From NCBI GenBank assembly GCA_976226885.1, contig OZ320322.1, positions 39,494,001 through 39,558,000 on the forward strand: 64,000 nucleotides of DNA, in the 5' to 3' direction. Below, piece after piece: positions 14,408 through 26,949 of the stretch. The translations under genes and the position numbers were made by a program. Each line of letters starts with the position of its first letter. Within the stretch, counting starts at the first letter, position 1. The DNA is from Iphione sp. A-MEVVRFRX5 (Eukaryota). The notes beneath the pieces were generated by a model. It was given only the letters and a program-made list of their open reading frames with translations, did not search any database and was not told the origin of the DNA.

Positions 14408-14447
14408 TCTATATTTATATATTTATATATATATATATATATGTGTG
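14408..14447. repeat. (TA)n microsatellite
   Basis: Read directly from the sequence. Confidence 0.9.
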
Positions 14448-14499
14448 TCTATAGTGACACAACGAGTCTATAATGACACAACAATGGTTGGGGAATTAT

Positions 14500-16300
14500 A
14501 GAAGCCTTTATTAAGTAAAAACAAAAACGCGGCGAGAGTGTCGTGATAGAAGGAGGTTCCCTTGGATACAAAATAGGTTGCTTGGCAATGCATAACAATG
14601 GTTGTTATTACGACATATATCCAATATAGTAACTTATATAAATATATATTTCAGCATTGCCACGTTCAAGTGAACGATTGGTAGTTACATAGTCTCTTTT
14701 TTCTAAATTAAAAATCATACAAACGTGTATTTCCAGAATGGATGACACATCTGCCTCATCCGACCCACTCAAGAGTGCCATGTGCATTAGAAACGAACCA
14801 ACACACACATTAACAGATATACAGATTCAGTGTGTTAGTTATTGGCGTGAAATGGGATTAAAAGCAGATTGTCAACAAGGACGTTGTCTTCCAAAATCTC
14901 CTACCTGATGTTTTGCAAGCGTCAACTAAAGAAAACATCAAGCATGTTGTGCGAGTACATTAATTGGAATCGACTGAGAGCCATAATTATTGTGATTTCT
15001 TAACAACGTTTCTACCGAACGTTTTCTCCCTCACTTTTAGAATTTAAAAGAAACCCATAGCGTTGCTGTGATAGGTAGTTTCTTTCCAGGAGACTATCGT
15101 GTGCTTCACCTTAGAGCGAACTTAATGGTAATATCAAAGACCTTTAATGTACATATGAAGTGTAGCGTGTAGAAATACTGCTGTCTGTTCCGCAGTGAAA
15201 CCATCAGCCTGAAGAATGATAAATATTATTTGTATAAAACCGAAGTAATTCCATGATCAATATCTTTGATAGAAGAGCCAAGTTAAACGTTGCCCGTGGT
15301 ACAACAAGAGAGGGGGAAATCGATGGCATTGAATTCCATATTGTTTTCCATGTCTGGACTGCGGATCTCGTTCAATAGTCGCAGCATTGTTTAGTGATTC
15401 ATTATGTTGACGAAGGAGCCAAATCAAGGACGAAGAGACAAGGTATGGCACTGCTTTCATCAAGGGGATAATGTTATATAAGAAACACCCTACTACAGCA
15501 TATCATGAGTAATGCACAATTCATTCCTCGGTGCGATTTGTCGTTGCTCGATTACGTCGTTCACACAACACGTAAACCATCATTAGTACAAACCAGTTAC
15601 ATCGACTGCTTCTATGATTTCTCCAAAAAAGCAAAAATTTGCAAAACAATATTTCCAGCGAACATAATGATAAGCCTATTATAACTACATCATATTTATA
15701 TCTCCTGCCCCATTTTGAATAGTGACTTTACCGGTAAATAGAGCTCATGGATCCAAGTCAGTACGTTTATTTAACTTTTTGCTTCAACATTGACTTTACA
15801 TGTGCCTGCCAATGGTGTCTAGACTTGGCTCATCCTGTTTGTCGTTTTCCCCACGCAGATACTTTGGCCCAGATTTTCACCATTTGAAAGCGCTGATCTA
15901 TTCTTAGGCTCAGCAGGCCATATTACATGTTCGTCCTTAAAGGATTATTGGTTACAGAGAAGGAATTTCCGGAGATTCCCCAGCCCCATTAGGCCTGCAC
16001 AGGGACAAGTGTTCTACAAGGTGGATGGAATTAGCGAGAGAAGTGGGATATGAGAGCACTGATCCATCCCGTAACTTCGGCTTATAAGTGCACTGCTTCG
16101 CTGCTGTAGCGCTTTGTAGACTTAGTTATTCCGCTATTCAAGTGTTACCAATAGATAATATGGAGGTAGCTAGAACTGTCTGTATCAACCTTGTCTAATC
16201 ATACTTTCTTTGCATTTACTTCTGTTACCGTTTCTTCTTCCAATGTCTGGGATGGATACTATGTTGGCGTTCTTCCAGATGGACGCATGCTAGGGAAAAC
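14500..16300 (-). mobile_element. Degenerate I-group (I/Nimb/Loa-like) LINE with RNase H and C-terminal Cys/His region, internally deleted
   Basis: Minus-strand motifs occur in the expected order: SIWKNANIVSIP (~16245-16285), KPKLRDGSVL (~16056-16085), GLLSLRIDQRFQMVKIWAK (~15865-15920), RNase H-like GFTAEQTAVF (~15171-15210), LMHMALLSGSDE...SILEIHVC (~14720-14795), then AATAAA near 14510. There are many stops and frameshifts. Confidence 0.55.
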
Positions 16301-17223
16301 AGCGTAGAAGAATTCGGTATTACATTATAATCACGGGTAAAGGAAGACACACATATAGTTGTCGCAAGTGTTTTGCTTCTGTTCAAATTTGTTTTTATCC
16401 AGGCAAATAAAGCCAGCTAGTACAATGGTAAATTGTACTTTATATTACAAACGTCAAGTTACAGTACAGGGCCGATGTAAGGGTAAATGTTCGATGGGAC
16501 TTCCAGTGACCCAGCATCCAATACCTTCTCTGCCGCCTCTTATAGATACATTTAATTTGCGGGACTAATAGAATATGACAATTTTGTTTTCCTAGAAGTT
16601 GTGATTATAAGTGAATTCTAACTTGAACTGAAATACATGTACCTAAATTTCTTCTGAAGATCTACATGAAGAAAAAATCAGAATATGTAGAACAGTAGCT
16701 TGCCGACTCTTGCATGTGTTTTTTTCCCCAGGTGCTGGGAAATAAGTTCTTTTCCTCTCCCGATTGCACCTGTACAACCATAAGTCATCTAGCCTGAGGC
16801 CCTGCCAGCTGCCAATGCTGGCAGCTGGGACCGTGGGTCGTGGCAGAAGAAGGCAGTGGTTGACTTGTCAGTCAGCCATACTAAGGTAGTCAAGTCTGTC
16901 TACTTCAGTACTAACTCGTCTCCGCCGGCGCAGACGGTCATTGAACTGGGTTTTACCTGTGTTGGTAGAGTGATTAAATCCTACGTAAGCCACTCTAAGT
17001 ATAACCCTCTCCCACATCAAGAAAATAACCAAGCCATCCATTCCAAATGCATGGTGAAAACGAACACCAAATTAAAACGGAGACCGGCATGGGAAAAATC
17101 GATGGTAGGGTAGACAAGGCGAACAGGGGCGCATTGAGAACCAAACCTCTGAAATAGAGAGGATTATGGACAGACAGATAAGACATTGTTTTCATAGGCG
17201 CCAAATGAACGGAGAGGCGAGTG

Positions 17224-17224
17224 G

Positions 17225-17260
<36 letters not shown>

Positions 17261-17340
17261 AATACACGCACAGACAGAGATAAATTGAGGGAGATATAGA
17301 GTGAGGGAGAGTGAGAGAAACCCGAACAACAGAGAGAAAT
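17224..17340. repeat. (GA)n/(GACA)n compound microsatellite
   Basis: GAGAGA...GACAGACAGACA followed by GA-rich sequence. Confidence 0.85.
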
Positions 17341-18189
17341 GTAAACTGACGTGAAACATGTGAATAAAAGCAGATTATTTGAAAGAACCATACACACCGT
17401 CGAGAGACGGACCCATAGCATGAGAACCTGAGGTAGAGCAAGAGAGGGAGAGAGTTGAGGATGCTGCCAGCACGTCCAATTAGAGCCAGACAAATGGTTT
17501 TACTGTAAGCCCCTGCCGTTTTAGGAACCCTTTTGAGCTGGTTTAAGGCTGACCGCCTTTATTAAGGAGCTTGGATAATTCCTTAATCTTGTCCTTGCAA
17601 TGATACATCCCTAATTGGAGCAGCTCATACAACTGCTCAGGCACCGCGTGAGCAAATTAACATGGGTGGGGTTGCGGGGCTAGGGCGCGCAGACTATTCC
17701 AGCAAAGGGGGAAAACTTCAGTTGGAGGAGGCAGAATCGCTAAAGGTTAGGCTAAAGGAAATGACAACCTCACTCCACATGTATAGTCATTTGACAGTCT
17801 CTGAGTAATTTCTTCAGATTTAAGGCCTCTCGCTTTGAGAGTGCAGGATGGACTAAGTACGAAGAGTGTATAGGGTTGCCCTTAAGGTCTGCCATTCTAG
17901 GTATAAGAATATATACGGACGTGCAGCAAGGGGAAGTTTATGGTTTTATAGAAATAATAACCCTGCATGGAGAGGTATAGTTAAGGAGGGATCTAAAAAC
18001 ACCATAGTTCTATGGTGTTCTGTCTGTGTGTCCTGCACTGCCAGCCTCGTCTGCCTCTGTTGACTCACTACGTTGCATGTAGTCACAGGGCAGTGACGTG
18101 CGGGAGTATTGGACAGGGCTGAGAGGCGGTGCCTAGGAGCTTGACTGGCAGCAATGATCTATTGAATGGCGTGTTGGACCAGCGCCATG

Positions 18190-18970
18190 CTATCTATTGT
18201 TAATGGGTAAGAAGGCTGTTTCCAGACCGAGCCCCAAGCCTACAACCCTTCGCCCTGGCTCTGTGTCTCCTCCTTGTGCCAAGGCTAATACAAACTTATG
18301 TCCCCAATCTCCCCTGACGCGGTCTTCGTTTTTTATTCTGGGTCTTCTACAATCCTGCCTGGCTTGTCCATATCTACGCCTAGTCTCGGACCAGTTCCAA
18401 TGGAAATCTTTAATCTACATCCGCTTGGCATACTATTTAGTCCCTGTCTGCTGCAAATCTTTGTATATCTACTTATAATCCAAGCTTGGCCAATACCCTT
18501 ACCTAACGACGCAGTTTGGCCATTTGTTTCCCGCTATAGTCCAATATCCTCTTTTAATAATGCTCAATTAATCTTCACAACTCCTATTTTCATGCTCTAC
18601 CTTTTTGAATATCTTTCTCGCCGGCAACCCGGATTTCACATGTATAGGTCTGTTTAATCAATCCGAAGCTCATATACCCTTGTAAGGGTTCATTTATTAA
18701 CATGCGTTGAGTGCGGATCTTACAACCTAATAATCCTTCCTAATATGTCCGTGCAGTAAATCATCGCAACGTAGGTTTTCTACCGCCCAGCAATCCTCTG
18801 TAATGTCTACCAGTAATCCTTCCCTATCCAAGTGAGAGCCCGACATTGTCATTCAACATCCGATGGTTTACACCCACCCGTCTTTCACATAACGCAGTAA
18901 AGCATCTCGTATTGTGCCTTAAAATCAACCGAAGCCGAGTATTCTTTTATCTATCTCATACTCTCATACA
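18190..18970 (-). mobile_element. Degenerate RTE-clade LINE fragment
   Basis: The minus strand gives SVDFKAQYE (FxDFxKAYD-like, ~18906-18932), TYTCE (YGCE-like) and RRPRIKNEDRVRGD...LAQGGDTEPGRRVV (GRPRxRWxDxVxxD...AQDR-like C-terminus, ~18250-18350). Confidence 0.5.
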
Positions 18971-20971
18971 AGGATAGATGCACCCAGACAATCGTGGCTG
19001 AATCCTTTCCCCTGATAAAGTCATAATGATCACACCGCAAAATATAATTACGTATTACACCGACTGGGCATTGATTAAATGAAATATTAAGTGAATACAG
19101 AATTATACATCACCAAACAGTCAATGATATGTTGGTATAAGAGGGTATAATATTCTGAAAGGAGAACTGTTGTACATCATAAACCCATAAGTAAAAAGCT
19201 TTGTTGATATTAGCGTAGTCCAAGAAAATCAGCTTTCATTCATTACTATGATACATGCATGGTAACACGCTCACATGTAATCATACCATTACCGGCACTA
19301 GTACGTTGAGACTCATGTTTTTTCACTGATCATTATGTGAAGAGATGATGGGAATAAACTGAGAACATAAACATATTCTATGCAACCATCCAGTGAAAAT
19401 AAAGACATAAGATTCTCCACGAAGGTGGTTTCATAATGATTCAAAGACTTATCATGTTACGCATACAGTGGCTAGACCTTTACCTATATGCTGGTATAGT
19501 CACATGTATAGATTTCGTGTGCAGAATTCTAACCTTGACTATCTCCAACATTTTGAAGCATCCATTTAATATCTACGTTTATCCTGATTTATCTATGTTT
19601 GTTACAGACGCCAATCCCCCATTCAATATTGACTCATTATTCTACTAGTGCCACACCGTCTACAACAGTTCCACATCACCACTGTCAATTTCTGCTCCTT
19701 ATCCAACCGAGGAAAAGTCCGCTGCAAGGCCGTGTCATTTTACTCCCCTCAATAATCATCCTTCAAAGTCTACACATGTACCTCGTAAAGCCCCCTCGCT
19801 AGCATGCCGTCTCCTTTTCAGCAGACAACCGTCTGCCCGACATCCCACTTTCCAATTTACATAGTTCCAAACATTCTAGGGCCCGCAGCATTCGGGTTTT
19901 TATGTTAGTCTTAAGTGGTACAACAGCCAGGTTGGAGAGGCGAAAATAATTACGTTTTGATGAATTTGCAACGTATAAGCTTGAAAGTCCAATTCTTTCT
20001 CTCACCCGGTGTTGAGTGGCCGATTCAATTACGATGTCATGACCATTGGAGAGAAACTCTCTCGAAGAATAGCTTTGTATTGGTTTCAATTAATTTGCTT
20101 CATTATCATAGCAGTAAGGAGAGAACACTTCGCTGCACCAGACACAATTGGCAGTTTGACCTTCAGCCAAAGGTCCCCCGCTGTCTTTTTTATCCCCGCC
20201 AGGCGGCGCCCGTATCTAAAATGTAATTATAATTCGCTCCCGTTGCTCGGACATACGTATGCGTCTGCAAGTGCGTTGCGGCTAGTGGTCTGCTTGCATT
20301 TGTTTTATGATGCGGAGAATACAGCACCAAGAGGAGATGTTATGAGTGTGAATAATGCTATTCTTCCAAAGCACAATCCTCCCATCGTTAGGCCATGCCA
20401 CCCCCCTCCCCCCACCTCCCACCCCTCCCCCAGGTCTGGATGGCCCCACGTATCTATTATAGGCCGTCTGACACCAGCCCAGCCATCAACAGCACATCGC
20501 ATGTTTACGACCATAAAGACACAACATGGAAAACTGGAACTGCCGCAACCTTAACCATGGGCTACACATGGGCCCTAGTTATGCCCACATGGGCCTACTT
20601 GTTCTATCCTCCATGGTGTTGGTCACCGGACCTGGCCGTTCTGCGACTGCAATGCTTACCATTACGGTGCATGCCTTGCCCATACTAGCCTTGACAGCTT
20701 GTCTCTTCCACGATTCTGCTTGTCGCACATTTGCCAATGCCCATTCTTTTCACTGCTCTCAGCCTACCGGCAATTACCGCTTCAGCCACTCCGCCTGCGC
20801 TACCAGGATCTACTGCAATCTTTGACACTTCAGAAAGTCGTCTACGCATGTTTTATTTTAAGGTTAAAAACATGCATCGACGGCGCCTGCGTACCGAATC
20901 GAAAAACATCAGCCAGGTTTACAAGTAACTTAGTATAAACTCGCCATTACCCCCCGGAAAAAGGGCTTATA

Positions 20972-21147
20972 CAGTGGAGTCTCTATTTACGACCATCACT
21001 TTGGACCAAGCTCAAATAGTCTTAATGGCAAATTTGGTCTTAAATAGAGTATTAATTGTATAGAAATTAAGATTTTTGTTCCCAACTAAAGAGGTCTTAA
21101 ATAGAGAATGGTCACAAATTAATATGTTGTAAATAGAGACTCCACTG
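20972..21147. mobile_element. 176-bp Tc1/mariner (Tigger/pogo-like) MITE
   Basis: Perfect 19-bp TIRs CAGTGGAGTCTCTATTTAC / GTAAATAGAGACTCCACTG are flanked by TA target-site duplications (20970-71, 21148-49). Internal GGTCTTAAATAGAG copies echo the inner TIR. Confidence 0.92.
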
Positions 21148-22509
21148 TACATGCGATGTTGAGTACCGCTAATACAGACATCCTTTATGAATACTTGATT
21201 CTGTGGCAGCACCTAAATTGTCAGAAGTAATTACCGAGATGAAAACATGAAAAAATATAACAGTCTTATTGCAAATGTTTCAGGGGGATTCAGTCGAAAT
21301 GTTGATAAAACTCAGACTTTTTTTCTTGCGAGCCTACATCACATTTTACTTCACAAATCATCTGGGTAAAATCAACAATACAGCGACATATTCGAGCAAA
21401 CGTTTTAAGCTTTTCTGTTCCCGCAAGTTTCGCCTTCTTTTCATATTGTGCAAAGTATACATTTCCATCATGAACTATTCAACAGGTTTTTTTTACCTCA
21501 TGCATTCAAAACTAAAGCAGATGAACATCCCATACACAAAATTGCACCCGTCGTAAATGATTTTAAACGATAAGACAAGTACTTCTTTGACATTATTATG
21601 TACTAGAGAGCATCAACATAAAATGCCACGATCAGGTCACACGGGAGCCATATGTTTCATGCAGGCCAATATTCACAGCATCAACATGACAAGTGAAGTA
21701 AGTGATATGGTAATTCGCCAGATAAGTCACAGAATCAGAGCGTTCACTCCTTCCCACGGTAAGACATGTGTAGTGGGAAATAACTTCCTGTGTATTTCCC
21801 CTTGAGGTCTGTTCTTCCACAGCATCACAGTCACTGACAGTGCTTTGCATTCTCTCTATGCCATCATATTACTCAAAACTACTGTTATTGTCAGGAAGGA
21901 GAGAGACAGAGTCGCATATCACGTATAAGGTTGACAATTTAAGGAACTGTTTAGGACTTCAATACATGGCCATTCAGACTGCAGTCTTGCACGAAGGACT
22001 GATTTCTCGCTCTACAAATGTCCTACATATAGCAAGCCTTGTAGGACTGTTCTACACAACGACTACACATAGGCATTATAATAGCGTATTTGCAGTAATC
22101 TTGATGCTACCGTTAAGTGGAGTGTCTAATCACTACATGCCTTTCTCCCGTTTGAAGTTTCAGTTAAATCTATTGTCAATTCTATAATATTTTTCACAGG
22201 ATTACGATCAATCTGCTCCATTGATCTTGTCTTTGCCAAAGAGTTATTTTTTCCCGAATGCTTTCCAATTGCTGACGCTTTAATTAAAATTTGATATTTT
22301 AGTGACAGCGATACAACCAAGCCAACATTTGTCACCCTACCCCATATAGGATAGAAACTAAACGGGGATGGAGTACAATCGGCAGTGCCTTTCTATTCCT
22401 GTAGAGAAGATGGACTTGGAGGTATTTTTTGCATGTGTAAAATAACCACCAAGGTGAATTAAGCACCAGAAACAATCACATATTTGTGACTCAGGAGACA
22501 GAATAGAAA

Positions 22510-22650
22510 TAGAGATTTGCAATCACATTTATCACAAAAGCAATATCAACCATACCATTAATTCTAGGTCAGAAACGGGTTTTAGAGATTTGCAATCACA
22601 TTTATCACAAAAACAATATCAACCATACCATTTAGGTCAGAAACGGGTTT
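22510..22650. repeat. 73/68-bp tandem duplication
   Basis: Copies at 22510-22582 and 22583-22650 differ by one substitution and a 5-bp indel (AATTC). Confidence 0.93.
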
Positions 22651-23174
22651 TATTATATATCATAAGAGGTACACAAATCTGGACAGGAGACCCAGGACAA
22701 GGACAAGCACTGTAACCAGTGTAGTATGTCACATATTTCACAATGTTCCCTTATACTACAGGTGCACATCTAGAGTCGCGCATTTGGGTCTAATACTGAT
22801 GTTTCACTACAAGAAGAGAACTCTGGCAAATGGATCTGTGTCAGACCCCTAGTATAGCCATAGTCAGTTGTTGAATGCTTAATGCTTGTAGTTTGACAGC
22901 CAGCTATGTCTTAGCAGATGTATGAGGAAAGACTGTTTTAACGTGTAGAGGAAAAGAGAAATACGCTCTTGGATCTACAAATAACCACGGCCGGCGGACT
23001 GCAGGTAAAGTGACCGGAGCACTAAAATGGTCAGTGACCGGCGGACGAATAGAGACGGATGGAGAAGGAGGTGCATGTGGAGGTGGTGGTGGTGGTGGTG
23101 GTGGTGGACGAGGAACGAACAGGGAAGAGAAAAAATAGTGTGAGAGAGACAGTGCATCCTTTAAAGTAGATGAG

Positions 23175-23182
23175 TGACGTCA
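23175..23182. promoter_or_regulatory. Full palindromic CRE (TGACGTCA) at the edge of a CpG island
   Basis: An exact consensus match; function untested. Confidence 0.3.
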
Positions 23183-26100
23183 AGGCGTGCTGGTTACTGG
23201 CAATAAGCTGCCTTAGCAGCAGCAACGACTCGTACGAGCTGCTCGCCTTTGCCGACTTCTCTTCCCCAATGCTGCGCCTTGGTCGCTTTCTCCAGCTGAG
23301 AGCAAAACGCCTGCAAACTCTTACAACCGTGAAGCCAGCCATCTCTCTCTCTCTCTTTCTTTCTCTCTTTCTCTTTCTGTCTATCTCGCCTCTACATCGT
23401 ATACATCTAGCCTTAACCCCCTTCTTAGACCTTTGTTATTCTCTTTGCGAAGAGTGCATTCGCTGGGCCCCGTCGTCGTCACCGCCGCCGCCGCCGACGA
23501 CGACGACGACGACGAGGAGGATGCAAAAGAGCCGCGTAGTAGGGTGAGGCGCGCATGGCCGTCGCGGGGTGAGTGAGTGACACTGAGAACCAAGAGCAGC
23601 CAACAAGGCTTGTAAATTTGCCGCCTGTCGCGGCGGCAGCTAGCCAGCCTGATAGGCAGCACGATGATTTCAGCCGGCCGGTTCTGATTCTCCGTGTTTG
23701 ACAAGCGACGGACGCCAATGCGCGGGTCAGAAAGTGCCTCAATTTGTGTGCCCCATGCTCACGATGACACGGGAAGCCCATTGGAGGGAGAAGGAGCGGG
23801 AGCAGAAGGAAGAGAAAGATGAGGGGGAGTCGGAGGAGCGAGGGGAGAGGCAGGGTGAGGGGGTCTGTTGGTAGCAAGTGGATGGGGGAGAGATGGTTGG
23901 GGGTTTTAAGGGGTTGCGCGGGACCAACTGCAACAGCAGCAGCAACAGCAGCAAGGTCTGACTGTATGATGATGGATGAGACGGCAGTAGTTGCAGAGGG
24001 TCTTCCAGCTAGTGACTGGCTGTAGTCGTATGGAGAGGCTGAAGACAGGGGGCAAGCAAGAGGCTTTCACTGACCACAACCATAAACTGTCCGTTGGGCC
24101 AGTATTATCACGCTAATAATGGTCCTTCTCGATAGAGGCTTCAGCATGTCTACATCTATTATTTAATTATAGTGAGGGTTAAATGTATCATATGTTTCTC
24201 TACAATAATGCAGGGATAATGCAAGTGTACAAAGACACATACATCGTTAATATTGAGTTAATTCTCGAAACTATCATGCCAGCATAAAGTGCGCTGTGAT
24301 CGCCATCATTTCACTCTCGTTTCATGCATTGTCAGATCTTTAACTGAATGATCTGTATGCAGCATATACATGGGTCAAGACCTCCTAGAAAGCATATTTC
24401 TGATTTGCAACATGCCGGTATAGTATCATCGTAGCATGGTTCAGAAGTGTGGACCAATGCCTTACTTGACGAAATGGTAGCATAATACATGCGAATTTGC
24501 CTTTTGCGTCTCCACCTTGACTGATCAGGCTGACGTTGAGGTTGAGGCTATCGATGACCATCACTCCATGGCCTTTCACCTTTGCATACACATACACGTG
24601 CTCGCAGGTTGCATAGGCCCAGTCATAGTAGTAGGCTGAATTGGGAAATTTACCATGGCGACGGATGGATCAGAGGTTGTGGTGGTGGTGGCGGCGGTCG
24701 CGGTGGAGGCGGCACTGGGAAGTAGGATAAGGATGAGGACATGGAGGTGGAGCGGGGCCGGCAGGTAGTCACAGCGTCAGGGAGTGAAGCGCAGAGCGAA
24801 GGGTGACAGCCGAGTGCACGCGTGGGCAACGCTGAGACTGAACACCTGAGACTCGTTCCTCTTAGTCAACTCCGGCAGCAGGCTCACCTCGCCGCAGCAG
24901 CTGCTGCGCGAATGTCCAACTATCATGGCTCCAGCAGCACCTCCTGCTCCAGCCACTACTCCCTCTCCCCACACTCCACTACACTGCTGCTCATCCACCC
25001 TTCCCACCTCCCCCACCTCCTCAGAACTCCAAACTCCTGCATCTGTTCACTTAATTCTGATGCCACACCTGCATACAACATCTGCTACTGCTGCTGTTGC
25101 CTCCTGTCGCAATGTGTAGTGCCTAAGACTGAGATCATCACCTCTTCGCTGCTGCTGCTCCGGTCACATCAGCATCGCTGCCTCCCGTCCCCCCCTCCCA
25201 CCACACACACACTCTTCTCTTTCCCTGATAGTGCCGTCGACTAAGTCACTGCCTTGGCTGCAGATGTCGCTGTAGGCAGATGGTGCTGCCGTCGTTGGCA
25301 CAGCCGCCGCCGTCTTCGTCGTTGCGGCGCCGGCCACTAGCCAGAGAGAGCCGGCGCGGCGTGCGAGTGGGACGTCGGCAGTTGGCGCACCATCAGCGTT
25401 ATGAGGCCCCTACAGCGGCCGGGAGTTGAGCGGTGGGCGGACGACGGCAGTGAGCTCAGTATGGGACGGCCACACGGCAACTTCACCACCACCTCCACCA
25501 CCACCAATAGCCACCACTACTATCACCAGAACCACCATCAACAACAGCAGTACACTCAGCATCACCTTATCCCACTTCCCCTCCACCTTGCAACCCTCTC
25601 ACCTGCCCACGGCGGCCGTCTCGCGGTACAGTTAAACGGACAGGTGAGCGATGTCGAAGTAGTAGTACCCACCGCCACTTACGGAGCTATATGGAAAGGT
25701 AACTCACCTGAGGAGCTAGGCTTACCTTAGGAAAACAGAAAAGCATCACAACTACAACGTCTCCCTATCATTCCCTCACCCCTGCCCCGTCTTACAACCT
25801 AATCAAGAGACCGGTGATCGTGGATGACCGCTTGATGCAGCGACCAGTGTGGCGCCTACTGAGTGACTTCTCTCACCCGGATTAATGCTTACAGGGATTA
25901 TCATCATCGCCACCTTTTCATTTGCCCACCTTTACTACTATTGATTGAAGGAGCGATGGAGCTGCTTGCGGCGCGCCGACGAGTTGGTCGTCTCCTGTAC
26001 GGAGCTAATGCCTGATGATTGCAGTTGGCGTTGCCTTAGTGGGTAATAGAAATCAACACTAGCGCGCCGCCTGTGTGTGCGTGTGTGACTGTGTGCGTGA

Positions 26101-26399
26101 GAGAGAGTGCTGGTCATACCTCTCCCCCTACAGCCAAGCTCCTACTGCTGATAACTCAAATTGGAGACGTGAAAAGATTGTGATTGTGGATGAGGAGCAT
26201 GAGGAACCTGAGGAGGACTACAACTCCGCTATATGGTCCGAGTCAGCGCTGAGGTTATCAAGGTATGTCGCGTTTTGTTACGGTCGGCGCTAGTGTGATG
26301 TCATTTCATGCATCTCCAACGCCCACTCTTACTGTCAGTATCCACCGTCTGCTATCTTACCTCACACAAGCAGCGTTATCAGTGTCTCCCTCTGTGGAT

Positions 26400-26720
26400 A
26401 AACAGGTGTCTTTTTGAGCAATTACTTCCTTCTTTCTTGATCTAACTTCACAGTCGCACTCGACAATACCATCATCACTTTCTCTGATCGGCAAGATTGC
26501 TCTGACTCTCCAGTTCACTTAACTTCTCTCCCGGCCTTTTAGGGCTTGCACATGACCTCCATCCCTCCGTTATTTTATCTTCCATGCTCTTTCTCCTTTC
26601 CTATCCATCGTCTTGATTCTAAAAAAAGTACTCCTTGAATCTGTGTCGCAGTACATAGCCCTCCTTTGCCTCGTCTAATCTGTTATATAGGTCTTTGTCG
26701 ATTTCTTAGTGTGGCCCTCA
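26400..26720 (-). mobile_element. Short RTE (BovB-like) LINE remnant, pre-RT region
   Basis: The minus strand reads KDLYNRLDEAKEG...HRFKEYFF*N...ERRKSME, which resembles the LYxxLxxxEG...RWKEYFxxLxN segment of RTE ORFs. It is highly degenerate. Confidence 0.35.
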
Positions 26721-26949
26721 TACCTGCCATCAAGACTCTGCAACACTGAGACTTCACAGGTACATACACCCGCCGAGTTCTTACTTTGCTTCTTGGAGTA
26801 TAGAAGCACAGTATTGATCTGAGCATGAAGGCATCATTACAAAATGTTGTACTGGAGATGATAATGTGATTTTCTGCGGAAATCGAAAGCCTTGCTACTT
26901 ATCAACATTCTACAATTATCCTTCTGCTGATAAAAATGATGCTGTTTTC

